DNA of 64,000 nucleotides, from positions 480,001 to 544,000 of the forward strand of contig CAVOVB010000001.1 of assembly GCA_963699755.1 (NCBI GenBank). Reading direction: 5' to 3'. The DNA comes from an uncultured delta proteobacterium. GTDB lineage: Bacteria > Myxococcota_A > Polyangia > Polyangiales > Houyiibacteriaceae. Position 1 is the first letter of the stretch. Every line of letters starts with the position of its first letter. The position numbers and the translations under genes were made by a program. The notes under the pieces are model-generated. The model ran no database searches and had not been told where the DNA came from. It saw only the letters and a list, made by a program, of their open reading frames with translations. Shown here piece after piece: positions 37,745-47,839 of the stretch.

Positions 37745-38808
37745 AATCGCAAACCCTGACGGCGTTACTCGCAGACATCGAACGGAACACCCCCGTCGTT
37801 CTCGCGACGAACCTCGACTCGGGCGACCAACGTCTACTGCGCCGAGGCGACGGTATGACAGCGATCGAACGAGCCGATGTCGAGCTTGCTCTGAGATTGG
37901 ACGCCTGCGTGACGACCGACGCCGAAGCCTCAGAAGCCATCTTCTACGAACCGTTCAACCCACCGCTTCGCATGATCCTGGTCGGCGCTGTCCACATCGC
38001 CCAGCCCTTGTCCGCGATGGCGACGCTCAGCGGCTACGACGTGACGATCGTCGATCCTAGGGAATCGTTTGCGGCGTTGGACCGTTTCCCTGGCGTCACG
38101 CTCCACCTCGACTGGCCGGATGCAGCCCTCGAGTCTCTTGGCCTCGATGCGCGCTGCGCCGTCGTCACCTTGACCCACGATCCGAAGCTCGACGACCCCG
38201 CCCTCCAGGTGGCTCTTCGAAGCGAAGCGTTCTTCATCGGCTGTCTTGGAAGCAAGAAGACCCATGCGTCTCGCCTGTGCAGGTTCCGCAAGGCAGGGTT
38301 TGGGGAGACGGACCTCGAACGCCTCAAGGGGCCGGTCGGCTTGCCGATCGGCTCCAGCTCGCCCGCCGAAATCGCGGTATCGGTCCTCGCCCAAGTCACC
38401 CAGACCCTCCGAAACCCATCACCCAAGGTCTCGCAAAAGGGGATAGTCCCCTTTTTCAGTCGTGGCAGCTCGAAGACCTTGGATTTTTTGCGCAACCAGG
38501 AGTTCTTCGAGATGGACTTAGACGAGCAAACCCGGATGGAAATCGAGTCAGCGGCGTTCCGACGGCTGGTCACTCACCTGCGCGAGCGGACCGATGTCCA
38601 GAACATCGCGATCATGGAGCTCGCGGGGTTCTGCAGAAACTGCCTGGCGCGCTGGTACCAGGAAGCCGCCGAAGAAAAGGGGCTCGGCATCGATCAGGAA
38701 ACCGCCCGCGCGTTGATCTACGGCATGCCCTACTCCGAGTGGAAAGAGAAGTACCAGAGCGAAGCGAGCCCGGAGCAGAAGGCCGCGTTTGATCAGCATC
38801 ACGAGTAG
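37741..38808 (+). CDS. XdhC C-terminal-type protein reading in frame into a DUF1244 domain (own start likely 38512)
   Basis: GAVHIA, THDPKLD, PAEIAVS; then AAFRRLV...LAGFCRNCLARWY. Confidence 0.8.
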   Translation: MKSQTLTALLADIERNTPVVLATNLDSGDQRLLRRGDGMTAIERADVELALRLDACVTTDAEASEAIFYEPFNPPLRMILVGAVHIAQPLSAMATLSGYDVTIVDPRESFAALDRFPGVTLHLDWPDAALESLGLDARCAVVTLTHDPKLDDPALQVALRSEAFFIGCLGSKKTHASRLCRFRKAGFGETDLERLKGPVGLPIGSSSPAEIAVSVLAQVTQTLRNPSPKVSQKGIVPFFSRGSSKTLDFLRNQEFFEMDLDEQTRMEIESAAFRRLVTHLRERTDVQNIAIMELAGFCRNCLARWYQEAAEEKGLGIDQETARALIYGMPYSEWKEKYQSEASPEQKAAFDQHHE

Positions 38809-38817
38809 GGTCAGGCC

Positions 38818-39237
38818 ATGGAGTTTGGCGCGGTCGACATCGACGCTACCGGCTTCGGAAGGTCGATTCTCGCCCATACACTACGGCTCCGCGACGGCGC
38901 TGAGGCTATCCAGAAGTGATCGATCCTACGGCAAAGGACATCGGTCGCCTCCGGGAGACCGCCTACGCGCGAATCGTGGCCGCGCAGTTGGAAAAAGGCG
39001 ACGTACACGAAGACGATGCGGCGCAGAAACTAGCTTCGTTCTTCAAGCATCCTTCGATCAGCGCATCGGCGATTGTAGACCGCGGCGACGTCATCCCTTC
39101 GGGGCTGATTGACGCCGGCGGCGAGGTTACGCATTTGGGCATGCCCGGCGATCCGGGGAATCCCTTGATGCTTGGAACGCTGGGCGACAGGACGGCTTGG
39201 CGTCGGTGACCTCTTGAAGGAGATTCCAGGACGACCC
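38818..39237 (+). pseudogene. Degenerate N-terminal molybdopterin-binding region of a MocA-type fusion
   Basis: MEFG..ILAH stops at 38919; GDVHEDDAA and MPGDPGNPLMLG in a second frame; LGVGDLLKEIPGRP in a third frame. Confidence 0.6.
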
Positions 39238-39885
39238 ATGCCCCGAAACCTCACGAATCCGCGTCGATCGAACAAGCATATCGCCGCCGTGGTGCTTGCG
39301 GCGGGGGAGTCGCGAAGAATGGGCGACGCAAACAAGCTCGCGATGATGGTGGATGGGACCCCGATGGTGGCAAGGGTCGTCGATGAGCTTATGGGGAGCC
39401 GTGTGGATCGGGTCATCGTCGTCACGGGACATGAACGCGAGCGCATCGAGGACGCCTTATCGGGTCGCGAGGTGGAGATCGTGCACAATCCGGACTACGA
39501 AGAGGGGATCGCTGCCTCGGTTCGAACCGGCATCGCGACGCTTGGAAACGACGTGCATGGGGCGCTGGTGGCGCTTGGTGATATGCCGTGGGTGAGCACC
39601 GAGGTCATCGATCGACTGGTGGATGCGTTTGCGTCGGACGGAGAGCTCAGTATTTTCATTCCGACATTTGGGAGGAAACGCGGCAACCCGGTTCTGTGGG
39701 GTTCGCAGCACTTCCCCGAGCTTCTCGCACTCTCAGGCGACGTCGGGGGCAAAGCACTCTTTCACCGGCATGCCGCTGCGATCTGCTATGTCGACGTCGA
39801 AAGTCCTGGCGTGAACATCGACGTGGACACGCCCAACGCCTCGCGGGAAGGGGAATCCAGGCCCCGCCGATCGGGGGTTCACTGA
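39238..39885 (+). CDS. Molybdenum cofactor nucleotidyltransferase (MocA-like)
   Basis: LAAGESRRMG, NKL, LGDMP, RGNPV and DVDTP motifs. Confidence 0.85.
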   Translation: MPRNLTNPRRSNKHIAAVVLAAGESRRMGDANKLAMMVDGTPMVARVVDELMGSRVDRVIVVTGHERERIEDALSGREVEIVHNPDYEEGIAASVRTGIATLGNDVHGALVALGDMPWVSTEVIDRLVDAFASDGELSIFIPTFGRKRGNPVLWGSQHFPELLALSGDVGGKALFHRHAAAICYVDVESPGVNIDVDTPNASREGESRPRRSGVH

Positions 39886-40859
39886 GCGGCGATAATCACG
39901 CTGACCTTGCCGAGCCCTTGGCCGCGCACCGTCACTTCATCGCCGACTGCAAGGAAACGCGACCTTTCTCCGTCGAGCTTGGACGCGAGCTTGCGAAAGC
40001 GGCTCAGTCTCACGAGCTTGCTCAAGCGTACCAACCAGCGAGACGTGCGCATGGCGACGCCCCCCGGAGTGCCCGTGAGGACGATCGTGCCCTTCGAGAG
40101 TGGCGCCTCGGGAAACTCGGCGTGAACGAAGCGCAGCATCTGGAGCGGCGTGTAGATCAGATCCGCCGTCGACTGGTGCTGACGAACTTCACCGTTCACC
40201 AGGCTTTCGATCTCGACACAGGGAATACCGTTGGGCATGGGCTTCTCAGGCACCCAGGCCTTGTCCGCGACGGGCATGAAGCCGGGGAAGCTCTTCGATA
40301 GGCCCCAATACGCATGACGGTTCGGTCGTCCCTCGCCGAGAATGCCGACCGATCTCGCGGAAAGGTCGTTGGCGATGAAGAACCCGAGCCGCGGCGCGAA
40401 GCTCGGGTCGTCCAGCCGCGACGGGTCGACGTCCTCGAGCAAGACGAACCCCATCTCGACCTCGTAGTCGAGCAAGGGTGCCAAATCCGGGAAGTCGCTG
40501 CGAAGGGTCTCCCCCAGCCCGAGCTCGAGCGAATCGGCGCTCTCGATGAGCACCTCCGGAGTGGGAAACGGCACCTGAGCGCCCGTCCGCACGACGCTAC
40601 TGCGGCTCTTCACGAACACAGGAGGCGACGCGTCTCGATCGAACGACGAAGCGGTCTCTTCAATGTGGCCCGCATACGAGAGGCCGATCCCGAAGGCCTG
40701 GTTGGGCGCGTCGAGAGGCACGTACGCCCCCTGCCCCAGGTCGTAGCATTGGAACTCTGCCGGCACCGGCACGTCCGACAGCGGCCGAAAAAGGAAATAG
40801 CCGAGCGCCACGATGGAGAGCAAGACCGCGGCCGCGACCCCAAAAAAGATTCGTTTCAT
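39879..40859 (-). CDS. Fumarylacetoacetate hydrolase family protein with N-terminal TM anchor
   Basis: DYEVE, ANDLSAR, SKSF and LTGTPGGV motifs. Confidence 0.85.
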   Translation of the reverse strand: MKRIFFGVAAAVLLSIVALGYFLFRPLSDVPVPAEFQCYDLGQGAYVPLDAPNQAFGIGLSYAGHIEETASSFDRDASPPVFVKSRSSVVRTGAQVPFPTPEVLIESADSLELGLGETLRSDFPDLAPLLDYEVEMGFVLLEDVDPSRLDDPSFAPRLGFFIANDLSARSVGILGEGRPNRHAYWGLSKSFPGFMPVADKAWVPEKPMPNGIPCVEIESLVNGEVRQHQSTADLIYTPLQMLRFVHAEFPEAPLSKGTIVLTGTPGGVAMRTSRWLVRLSKLVRLSRFRKLASKLDGERSRFLAVGDEVTVRGQGLGKVSVIIAAQ

Positions 40860-42658
40860 CGCAAGTAGCACCTTTCGAAAGCGCGCCGCAGCGCATGTTC
40901 TGGATCACTCGGCTGCGTCGGTTCACGCCAGGCCACGTGTCCATCGGGTCGAATCAGCAGCGCCCCATCATGCCCGATTCCACAAAGCTCTTCGAGCGCG
41001 CGCTGAGCCTCGCTTGTATCGCAAAGCGAAACTAGGTCCCGCACCTGAAGCTTTGACCGCAGCGAACCCAGCACCAGGTTCGCTGCGTCGCGCCATGCGT
41101 CACCCCCGTCTCCCAACAAGAGCGTAAAGCGGACGGGGTCCAAAAGGTCGTGGGTCGACCGGCTATTCTCGGGCGGATTCAGCCAGAGATGGGGAAACCT
41201 TGCCCCGGGCCTCGTCGATGGTCGGTACTCCCTAACCAGGTCGGCTGCCTGCTCTGGCTCGGAGCGGTCGGGCACGGTTGCGCCCTCCTCGTAGACGTAG
41301 CCAAGATCGAGTCCGATGCGGTCGAAGTGCGGCGTTTGGTCCGCGATGCTGTCGAGGACCCGTCGTTTCACCGTCGGTTCCTGGTCGAAGCGCGCAAAGG
41401 CGTGAAAGGCGCGCCGGTTGAGGAGCCCGATGATGGTGTCGCGCCAGCGTGCAGGCAGCCACTTGAAAGGAACACTGTTCCTTACGCGGGCCAGCATCTC
41501 CATCCCGTTGCGAGGAAGCCCAAGCGCTTCGACTACTTCGAAAATCTTGTCGAAGTTGGCCTTGCTCTCCGCGCAGTTACGAATGGCGACAGGACGTCGC
41601 TCGGTTTGGTACGTGTGGAGCAACGCTTCCTGTGCCTCTCCTTTGAGAACCGCGGCAAGCTTCCAGCAGAGGTTGTGCGCATCTGCGATTCCCGTGTTCA
41701 TTCCGAGGCCGCCTGTCGGCGGAAACCTGTGCGCCGCATCTCCGACCAAGAAAACTCTGCCACGGCGGAATGCCTGGGCCACCTGAGCCGTCATGCGCCA
41801 GAAGCTGATCGATTCGATCTGAATCGACTCGCCCGAGATTCCCACAGCTCTCGCGATGCGGGCTCGAAAGACTTCTGGGGTGTAGTCTTCGGCGCGTTCG
41901 TACGGTGCGTAGATCGGTACGTGATACACCCAGCGCCTCTCGATGTGGTGCGCGATCAGGGTGCCAACCGTCTCGGGGTGCAGGATCCAGTAGAGCTTTG
42001 CAGGCGTCGTCACGTGCTCCCGGAGATTGAGCTCGAAGTAGGCATTGACGAAGTCCTGGAGCTTCTCCGGGCCGTCCATCTCGATTCCAAGGGCGCGCCG
42101 CGCTCGGCTCGAAGCGCCGTCGGCGGCGATGACGTACCTGCTGTAAATTCGAAGCGTCGAGCCGTCCGAGCCTCGATGAATGATGCTGGTTACGCCACCG
42201 CCGTCTTCTTCGAAGGCTTCCCATTGATGGTCAAACAGCAGCCGGACCTCCGGCCTCTGCTCGACGTGTGAGAGCATCCTCTTCTCGAGCTCGGTCTGGG
42301 AGAGGTTCAGGTAGGGCTGCTTGGAGCGAAGGTGCCGCCGGTATTTCTCCGCATTCTCGGGCTGCTCGAGCAGATCGATCCGCCCGAGCTCCTCGTTGAT
42401 CGTCTTGCAGAACACGATTCGCGCTGCATCGGCAGGCGGCGATGCCTCGGCTTTCAGCTCCTCCTCCGTGAACCCGAGTCCATTTAGGATCTCAATCGAT
42501 CGGCCGTTGACCTCATGGGCCTTCGGGTGCTTCGAGAGACCCGGCGCGCGTTCCACTACGATGGTCCGAATCCCCGCCTGCGCCAGACAAAGGGCGCTGA
42601 CCATCCCTGAAGGGCCCGCGCCGATGATCAGGACGTCGGTTTCGAGGTCGAGGGTCAC
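40856..42658 (-). CDS. FAD-dependent aromatic monooxygenase (PheA/TfdB family)
   Basis: GAGPSG, ADGASS, GDAAHRFPPTGGLGMNTG and RPDGHVAWR motifs. Confidence 0.9.
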   Translation of the reverse strand: MTLDLETDVLIIGAGPSGMVSALCLAQAGIRTIVVERAPGLSKHPKAHEVNGRSIEILNGLGFTEEELKAEASPPADAARIVFCKTINEELGRIDLLEQPENAEKYRRHLRSKQPYLNLSQTELEKRMLSHVEQRPEVRLLFDHQWEAFEEDGGGVTSIIHRGSDGSTLRIYSRYVIAADGASSRARRALGIEMDGPEKLQDFVNAYFELNLREHVTTPAKLYWILHPETVGTLIAHHIERRWVYHVPIYAPYERAEDYTPEVFRARIARAVGISGESIQIESISFWRMTAQVAQAFRRGRVFLVGDAAHRFPPTGGLGMNTGIADAHNLCWKLAAVLKGEAQEALLHTYQTERRPVAIRNCAESKANFDKIFEVVEALGLPRNGMEMLARVRNSVPFKWLPARWRDTIIGLLNRRAFHAFARFDQEPTVKRRVLDSIADQTPHFDRIGLDLGYVYEEGATVPDRSEPEQAADLVREYRPSTRPGARFPHLWLNPPENSRSTHDLLDPVRFTLLLGDGGDAWRDAANLVLGSLRSKLQVRDLVSLCDTSEAQRALEELCGIGHDGALLIRPDGHVAWREPTQPSDPEHALRRAFERCYLR

Positions 42659-43119
42659 GATGGCGTCGAGCTCTGCACGGCTAGGGACGGCTCGAGGAAC
42701 TTCTTGAGGTAGACGAGACTGACGAGCAAAATCGTCGTGATACTCGCGAACGCGAAGACGTTTTCGTTCAAGCCGAGGATGGTGAGGTGGAACTCGGGGT
42801 CGACGATCGAGCCGCCGTACGCGCTCTCGAGCACAGCAGCTCCCCAGAAGCCGAAAATGTTACAGGCCTGCCAAGCCCAGGAGATGTACAGGCTCGAGAT
42901 CTGATGAGGACGTCTGAACCAAATCAAGTAGAGGTTACAGATGCCCGAGAGCCCCATGAACACCAGTGTCCAGGCCAAGTGGAAGCGCGCATGCCCGACC
43001 CAGCTCGGGTTCAGGAGGTGTGTCACGCTTAAGTCTCGCACGATGGGGCCGAAGAACTCGAGCACGCCGATCGTGAGCAACACCTGGGCGACTCGATAAC
43101 GTCTGCTGATAGTGGCCAT
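42655..43119 (-). CDS. Small 4-TM membrane protein
   Basis: THLLNPSWVGHARFH motif and hydrophobic helices. Confidence 0.7.
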   Translation of the reverse strand: MATISRRYRVAQVLLTIGVLEFFGPIVRDLSVTHLLNPSWVGHARFHLAWTLVFMGLSGICNLYLIWFRRPHQISSLYISWAWQACNIFGFWGAAVLESAYGGSIVDPEFHLTILGLNENVFAFASITTILLVSLVYLKKFLEPSLAVQSSTPS

Positions 43120-43271
43120 GGGTTCTCCTCGAGGTCATCGCATGCATACCTTAAACGAGAGTGAGCGTGATAGCGGATGCGTTCATCGGCGTCTTCCTCG
43201 ACAAACTCCGCGCACCCCCAGATTGAGGGCCGGGGCTTGTCGCACCCCCAGGCCCGGACTAGGGTCGCCCG

Positions 43272-44288
43272 GTGCGTTTCGATCAGGTCTCCATTTGCAG
43301 CGTCGCCCATGTCGATGGTGCCGACCGCGTCACGTCCGAGGAGCTCGAAACGAAGCTTGCGGAGCCCATGCGGCGCCTCGGCCTCCAGCCCGGGTTTCTC
43401 GAGGGGGTCACCGGAATCCGAGCCCGCCGCATGTGGGGCGTCGAGTTCCAGCCCTCGCAGGCGGCGACGGCGGCAGCAGAGCTCGCGATCGAGCAAGCCG
43501 GTATCGACCGCGGTCGTTTGGGGATCGTCATCAACACCTCGGTGTGCCGTGACTACATCGAGCCGTCGACGTCCTGCATCGTCCACAGCAACCTCGGGCT
43601 CGGTCCAGACTGCATGAACTTCGACCTCGGCAACGCATGCCTCGGCTTTCTCAATGCGATGGACATCGTCGGGAACATGATCGAGCGCGGCCAAATCGAG
43701 TACGGGCTGGTGGTCGACGGCGAAAACAGCCGCTTCGTGGTGGAGAGCACCCTCGCCCGACTCAATGAGCCGGATCTCGATGAAGCGACCTTTCGCGACA
43801 ACTTTGCCACGCTCACCCTCGGGTCGGGTGGCGCAGCGATGGTGCTCGGCCGGAGGGATCAGGTAGCCAACGGTCACCGCTACGTCGGTGGCGTGACGTC
43901 GGCGGCAACCGAGCACCATCAGCTCTGCCGCGGGCAGGTCGACCAGATGCAGACCAAGAGCAAAGAGCTGCTCGTTGCGGGAGTCACACTCGCCAAGAAG
44001 ACTCATGAAATGGCAAAGCGCGAGCTCGGTTGGAACCCTGACGTGGTGGCCGAGTACATCCTGCATCAGGTGAGTCGGGCGAACACCGAGAAGCTCGCCG
44101 AGGCGCTCGAGCTTCCGACCGACAAGTTCATGCATGCCTATGTCGAGCTTGGCAATGTTGGACCTGCGGCCGTTCCGATGGTGCTTTCTAAGGCGGCGGA
44201 GGCAGGGCGCATTCAGCAGGGCGACCGTGTGGCGCTGATGGGCATCGGCTCCGGGCTCAACTGCAGCATGTCGGAAATCATCTGGTAA
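43272..44288 (+). CDS. oleA: OleA thiolase/FabH-like acyl condensing enzyme
   Basis: EPST, NACLGF, TLTLGSG, LHQVS, GNVGPA and GIGSGLNC motifs; cluster context. Confidence 0.88.
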   Translation: MRFDQVSICSVAHVDGADRVTSEELETKLAEPMRRLGLQPGFLEGVTGIRARRMWGVEFQPSQAATAAAELAIEQAGIDRGRLGIVINTSVCRDYIEPSTSCIVHSNLGLGPDCMNFDLGNACLGFLNAMDIVGNMIERGQIEYGLVVDGENSRFVVESTLARLNEPDLDEATFRDNFATLTLGSGGAAMVLGRRDQVANGHRYVGGVTSAATEHHQLCRGQVDQMQTKSKELLVAGVTLAKKTHEMAKRELGWNPDVVAEYILHQVSRANTEKLAEALELPTDKFMHAYVELGNVGPAAVPMVLSKAAEAGRIQQGDRVALMGIGSGLNCSMSEIIW

Positions 44289-44295
44289 GCCGCCC

Positions 44296-45186
44296 GTGAA
44301 GGTCTCCGACGAGCTCTATCCCTTTGAGCCTCACTGGCTCGCTCTCCCATCAGGGCATCGGATGCACTACGTCGACGAGGGCCCTCGCGGCGCGCCGGCG
44401 GTCCTGATGCTGCACGGAAACCCGACCTGGTCGTTCTACTGGCGACGATTGATCTCGGCGCTGCGCCCCGGCCATCGCGTCATCGCGCCCGATCACATCG
44501 GCTGCGGGAAGTCCGACAAGCCAGGCGACGACAGATACTCTTACCGGCTCGTGCAGCGGGTCGATGACATCGAAGCTTTAGTCGAGAAGCTGGGCCTCCA
44601 AGACATCACGCTCGCCGTTCATGACTGGGGCGGTATGATCGGCATGGGCTGGGCGCATCGGCACCCCGACTTGGTCGCCCGCCTCGTCGTCTTGAACACG
44701 GCGGCGTTTCCGATGCCATCGACCAAGCGCCTGCCCGCTTCGCTCTGGTTGGCGCGTGACACCAAGGCGGGAGCTCTTCTGGTGCGCGGTTTCAATGCGT
44801 TTGCCAGGGGTGCGACGCGGTTTGCCGTCACCCGTGCCAAGCTTCCCAAAGAGGTGCGTGACGGCCTCTGTGCGCCCTACGACAGCTGGAATCACCGCCG
44901 CGCCGTGCTCCGCTTCGTGCAGGACATCCCTCTACGAGAGAGCGACCCGAGCTTTTCCTTGGTTCGCGAGGTGGGCGAGCAGCTCCATCAGTTCAACGAC
45001 CGGCCAGTGCTGATCTGCTGGGGCGACCGTGACTTCGTCTTTGATGACCATTTCCTGAGGGTGTGGAAGAGCGCGCTTCCCGATGCAGAGGTCCACCAGT
45101 TCCCCGACTGCGGTCACTATGTCCTCGAAGACGCGCCCGAGGAGATCGAGCAGCTCGTGCGCAGGTTCTTGGGAGTCGCGGTATGA
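44296..45186 (+). CDS. oleB: OleB beta-lactone decarboxylase (haloalkane dehalogenase-like)
   Basis: HGNPTWSF, HDWGG and GHYVLED motifs; context. Confidence 0.85.
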   Translation: MKVSDELYPFEPHWLALPSGHRMHYVDEGPRGAPAVLMLHGNPTWSFYWRRLISALRPGHRVIAPDHIGCGKSDKPGDDRYSYRLVQRVDDIEALVEKLGLQDITLAVHDWGGMIGMGWAHRHPDLVARLVVLNTAAFPMPSTKRLPASLWLARDTKAGALLVRGFNAFARGATRFAVTRAKLPKEVRDGLCAPYDSWNHRRAVLRFVQDIPLRESDPSFSLVREVGEQLHQFNDRPVLICWGDRDFVFDDHFLRVWKSALPDAEVHQFPDCGHYVLEDAPEEIEQLVRRFLGVAV

Positions 45187-46838
45187 CGCCCGAGCTTTCG
45201 ACGGTCGCTGACGTGCTGCCGCAAATGGCCGCGACGCAGCCCAATACGACTGCCATTTGCTTTCCGACCAAGCGACGCGATGCCGCTGGCGACGTCATCT
45301 ACAACAAGGTCTCCTACCGCGAGCTCGACGAGCGCAGCAGCCGAATCGCCACCGGGCTCCATGCCGTTGGAATCGAGCGCGGTCATCGCGCCGCGCTGAT
45401 GGTGCGGCCGAGCCCCGAGCTCTTCGCCCTCACCTTCGGTATGTTCAAGGCGGGCGTGGTTCCGGTGATGATCGACCCGGGTCTGGGCATCAAAGGCCTG
45501 AGCAAGTGCCTGGCGCGCGCGCAGCCCAGTGCGTTCATCGGGATTCCAGTCGCGCACGCGGCGCGCATCGCTCTCGGCTGGGGCCGGGCGACGGTGAAGC
45601 GGACGATCACCGTAGGCGGCTGGGGTCTCGGAAAGCATACGCTCGGGCAGGTCGAAGCGCTCGGCGCAAAACGGCTTGCCGCAGGCGAGAGGCCCGTGCC
45701 CACCGGTGGCGACGAAGTGGCGGCAATACTGTTCACGTCGGGGAGCACCGGACCGCCCAAGGGCGTCGTCTACCGGCATCGCCACTTTCTCGCCCAGGTG
45801 AAAGCGATTCGCGAGATGTTTTCGATCGAGCCGGGTGAGATCGATCTGCCTACGTTTCCGCTCTTCGCGCTCTTCGACCCCGCGCTCGGCATGACGACGG
45901 TCATCCCGGACATGGATCCGAGCCGGCCGGCCAGCGTGGAGCCGCAGAACATCATCGAGCCCATTCAACGTTTCGGGGTGACGACCATGTTCGGCTCACC
46001 CGCGCTTCTCAATACGGTCGGTCGATACGGTGAGCAGCACGGCATCAAGCTGCCGAGCTTGCGCCGTGTGATCGCCGCCGGTGCACCGATGCCCGGGCAA
46101 ACGCTCGCCCGTTGGCATGCGATGTTGCCCGCCGAGGGCGATGTGTTTCCTCCGTACGGCGCGACCGAGTCGCTTCCGGTGGCCTGTCTACCAGGACGCG
46201 AGATCGTCGCGAAGACCTGGGCCGAGACCGAAAAGGGAGCCGGCGTCTGCGTGGGCCTCCCCGTCCCCGACATCGAGGTGAAGGTGATTCGCATCAGCGA
46301 CGACGCCATCGACACCTTTTCAAGCGAGCTCGAGCTCGAAGACGGCGAGATTGGTGAGATTGCGGTCAGGGGCCCGATGGTGACCGAGGCCTACTTCGGA
46401 GACGAACGCAATACGGCCCTCTCCAAGATCAGAGACGGCGATCGCGGCTGGCATCGGATGGGCGACGTCGGTTGGCGCGATCGGGAAGGACGCCTTTGGT
46501 TCTGCGGACGCAAGAGTCATCGCGTCCTCGTCGACGGCGAGACCATGTTCACCGTCCCCTGCGAGAAGATCTTCGATGCACATCCGGCGGTCTACCGCTC
46601 CGCGCTCGTCGCTTGTCGGGGGCAACCGACGCTCTGCGTCGAGCTCGAGCCTGGGCACGACCCCGGCGACTGGCCAGAGGTCGAGCAGCAGCTCCGCCAG
46701 ATCGCGCAGGCTCATCCGCGAGCGAATCGCATATCCCGCTTCGTCCGGCATCCGAGCTTCCCGGTCGACATCCGGCACAACGCAAAAATCGGGAGGGAGA
46801 AGCTCGCAAAGTGGGTCGAGGCCCAAGGTCCATCGTGA
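45183..46838 (+). CDS. oleC: OleC beta-lactone synthetase (AMP-ligase)
   Basis: FTSGSTGPPKG, YGATE, HRMGD and FPVDIRHNAKIGRE motifs. Confidence 0.9.
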   Translation: MTPELSTVADVLPQMAATQPNTTAICFPTKRRDAAGDVIYNKVSYRELDERSSRIATGLHAVGIERGHRAALMVRPSPELFALTFGMFKAGVVPVMIDPGLGIKGLSKCLARAQPSAFIGIPVAHAARIALGWGRATVKRTITVGGWGLGKHTLGQVEALGAKRLAAGERPVPTGGDEVAAILFTSGSTGPPKGVVYRHRHFLAQVKAIREMFSIEPGEIDLPTFPLFALFDPALGMTTVIPDMDPSRPASVEPQNIIEPIQRFGVTTMFGSPALLNTVGRYGEQHGIKLPSLRRVIAAGAPMPGQTLARWHAMLPAEGDVFPPYGATESLPVACLPGREIVAKTWAETEKGAGVCVGLPVPDIEVKVIRISDDAIDTFSSELELEDGEIGEIAVRGPMVTEAYFGDERNTALSKIRDGDRGWHRMGDVGWRDREGRLWFCGRKSHRVLVDGETMFTVPCEKIFDAHPAVYRSALVACRGQPTLCVELEPGHDPGDWPEVEQQLRQIAQAHPRANRISRFVRHPSFPVDIRHNAKIGREKLAKWVEAQGPS

Positions 46839-47827
46839 CGGTCCTCGTCACCGGTGGCGGAGGCTTCATCGGCCGCTCGATCGTCCGGGCCTTGCTCGAT
46901 CGGGGTGAACGGGTCCGAGTCCTGTGTCGCGGCGACTATCCCTTTCTTCACGACTGGGGCGTGGAGCTTCAACGCGGGGATATTCGCGACCTCGATGTCG
47001 TGGACGGGGCCGTCGACGGCTGCGACGCCGTCTTTCATACAGCGGCGCACATCGACCTCTGGGGTCCCTACGAAACCTTCTTCGGAGTGAACACGCTCGG
47101 CACTCGCCACGTGATCGAGGCGTGCAAGAAGCATTGCGTGAAAAAGCTCGTCTATACGAGCACGCCAAGCGTCGTGCACTCAGGAGACGCCGTGTCAGGT
47201 GTCGATGAATCCGCGCCCTATCCCTCCCACTTCCAGGCGCACTACCCGGCCACCAAGGCGCTTGCCGAGCAAGAGGTCTTGGCCGCCAACACCGATACGC
47301 TGCACACCGTGGCGATTCGACCCCATCTGGTTTGGGGTCCAGGGGACAGCTCAGCGCTTCCACGGCTGGTCGCTCGCGCCAAAGCCGGACGCCTAACGAT
47401 GGTCGGGCGGCCGCAGCTGATCGACACGACCTACATCGACAACGCGGTCGCTGCCCATCTCTTGGCGCACGATCGACTCGCACCGGGTTCTCGGGTAGCG
47501 GGCAGGGCCTACTTCATCACGCAAGGCGAGCCGCTCGAAGGCCCGACGTTCATCAACGACATGCTTGACGCGGCTGGCTTGCCGCCCGTCACGCGAACCA
47601 TTCCAGCCCCGTTCGCCCGCTCGGCTGCCGCGCTGGCCGAGGCTGTGTGGAGCGCCTTGAAATTGCAGTCCGAGCCTCCGGTGACCCGTTTTCTGGTGAG
47701 CCAACTCTCGACCGCGCACTGGTACGATATCTCCGCGGCCCGCCGAGACCTCGGTTACGAACCGGCGGTCAGCTACCGAGAGGGAATGGTACGGCTCGCG
47801 GCATGGGCCGGGAGCCAGACCTGGTAG
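46835..47827 (+). CDS. oleD: OleD 2-alkyl-3-oxoalkanoate reductase (3-beta-HSD-like SDR)
   Basis: TGGGGFIG, YTSTPSV, YPATK and RPHLVWGPGD motifs. Confidence 0.88.
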   Translation: MTVLVTGGGGFIGRSIVRALLDRGERVRVLCRGDYPFLHDWGVELQRGDIRDLDVVDGAVDGCDAVFHTAAHIDLWGPYETFFGVNTLGTRHVIEACKKHCVKKLVYTSTPSVVHSGDAVSGVDESAPYPSHFQAHYPATKALAEQEVLAANTDTLHTVAIRPHLVWGPGDSSALPRLVARAKAGRLTMVGRPQLIDTTYIDNAVAAHLLAHDRLAPGSRVAGRAYFITQGEPLEGPTFINDMLDAAGLPPVTRTIPAPFARSAAALAEAVWSALKLQSEPPVTRFLVSQLSTAHWYDISAARRDLGYEPAVSYREGMVRLAAWAGSQTW

Positions 47828-47839
47828 CGGGTCTCCGAG

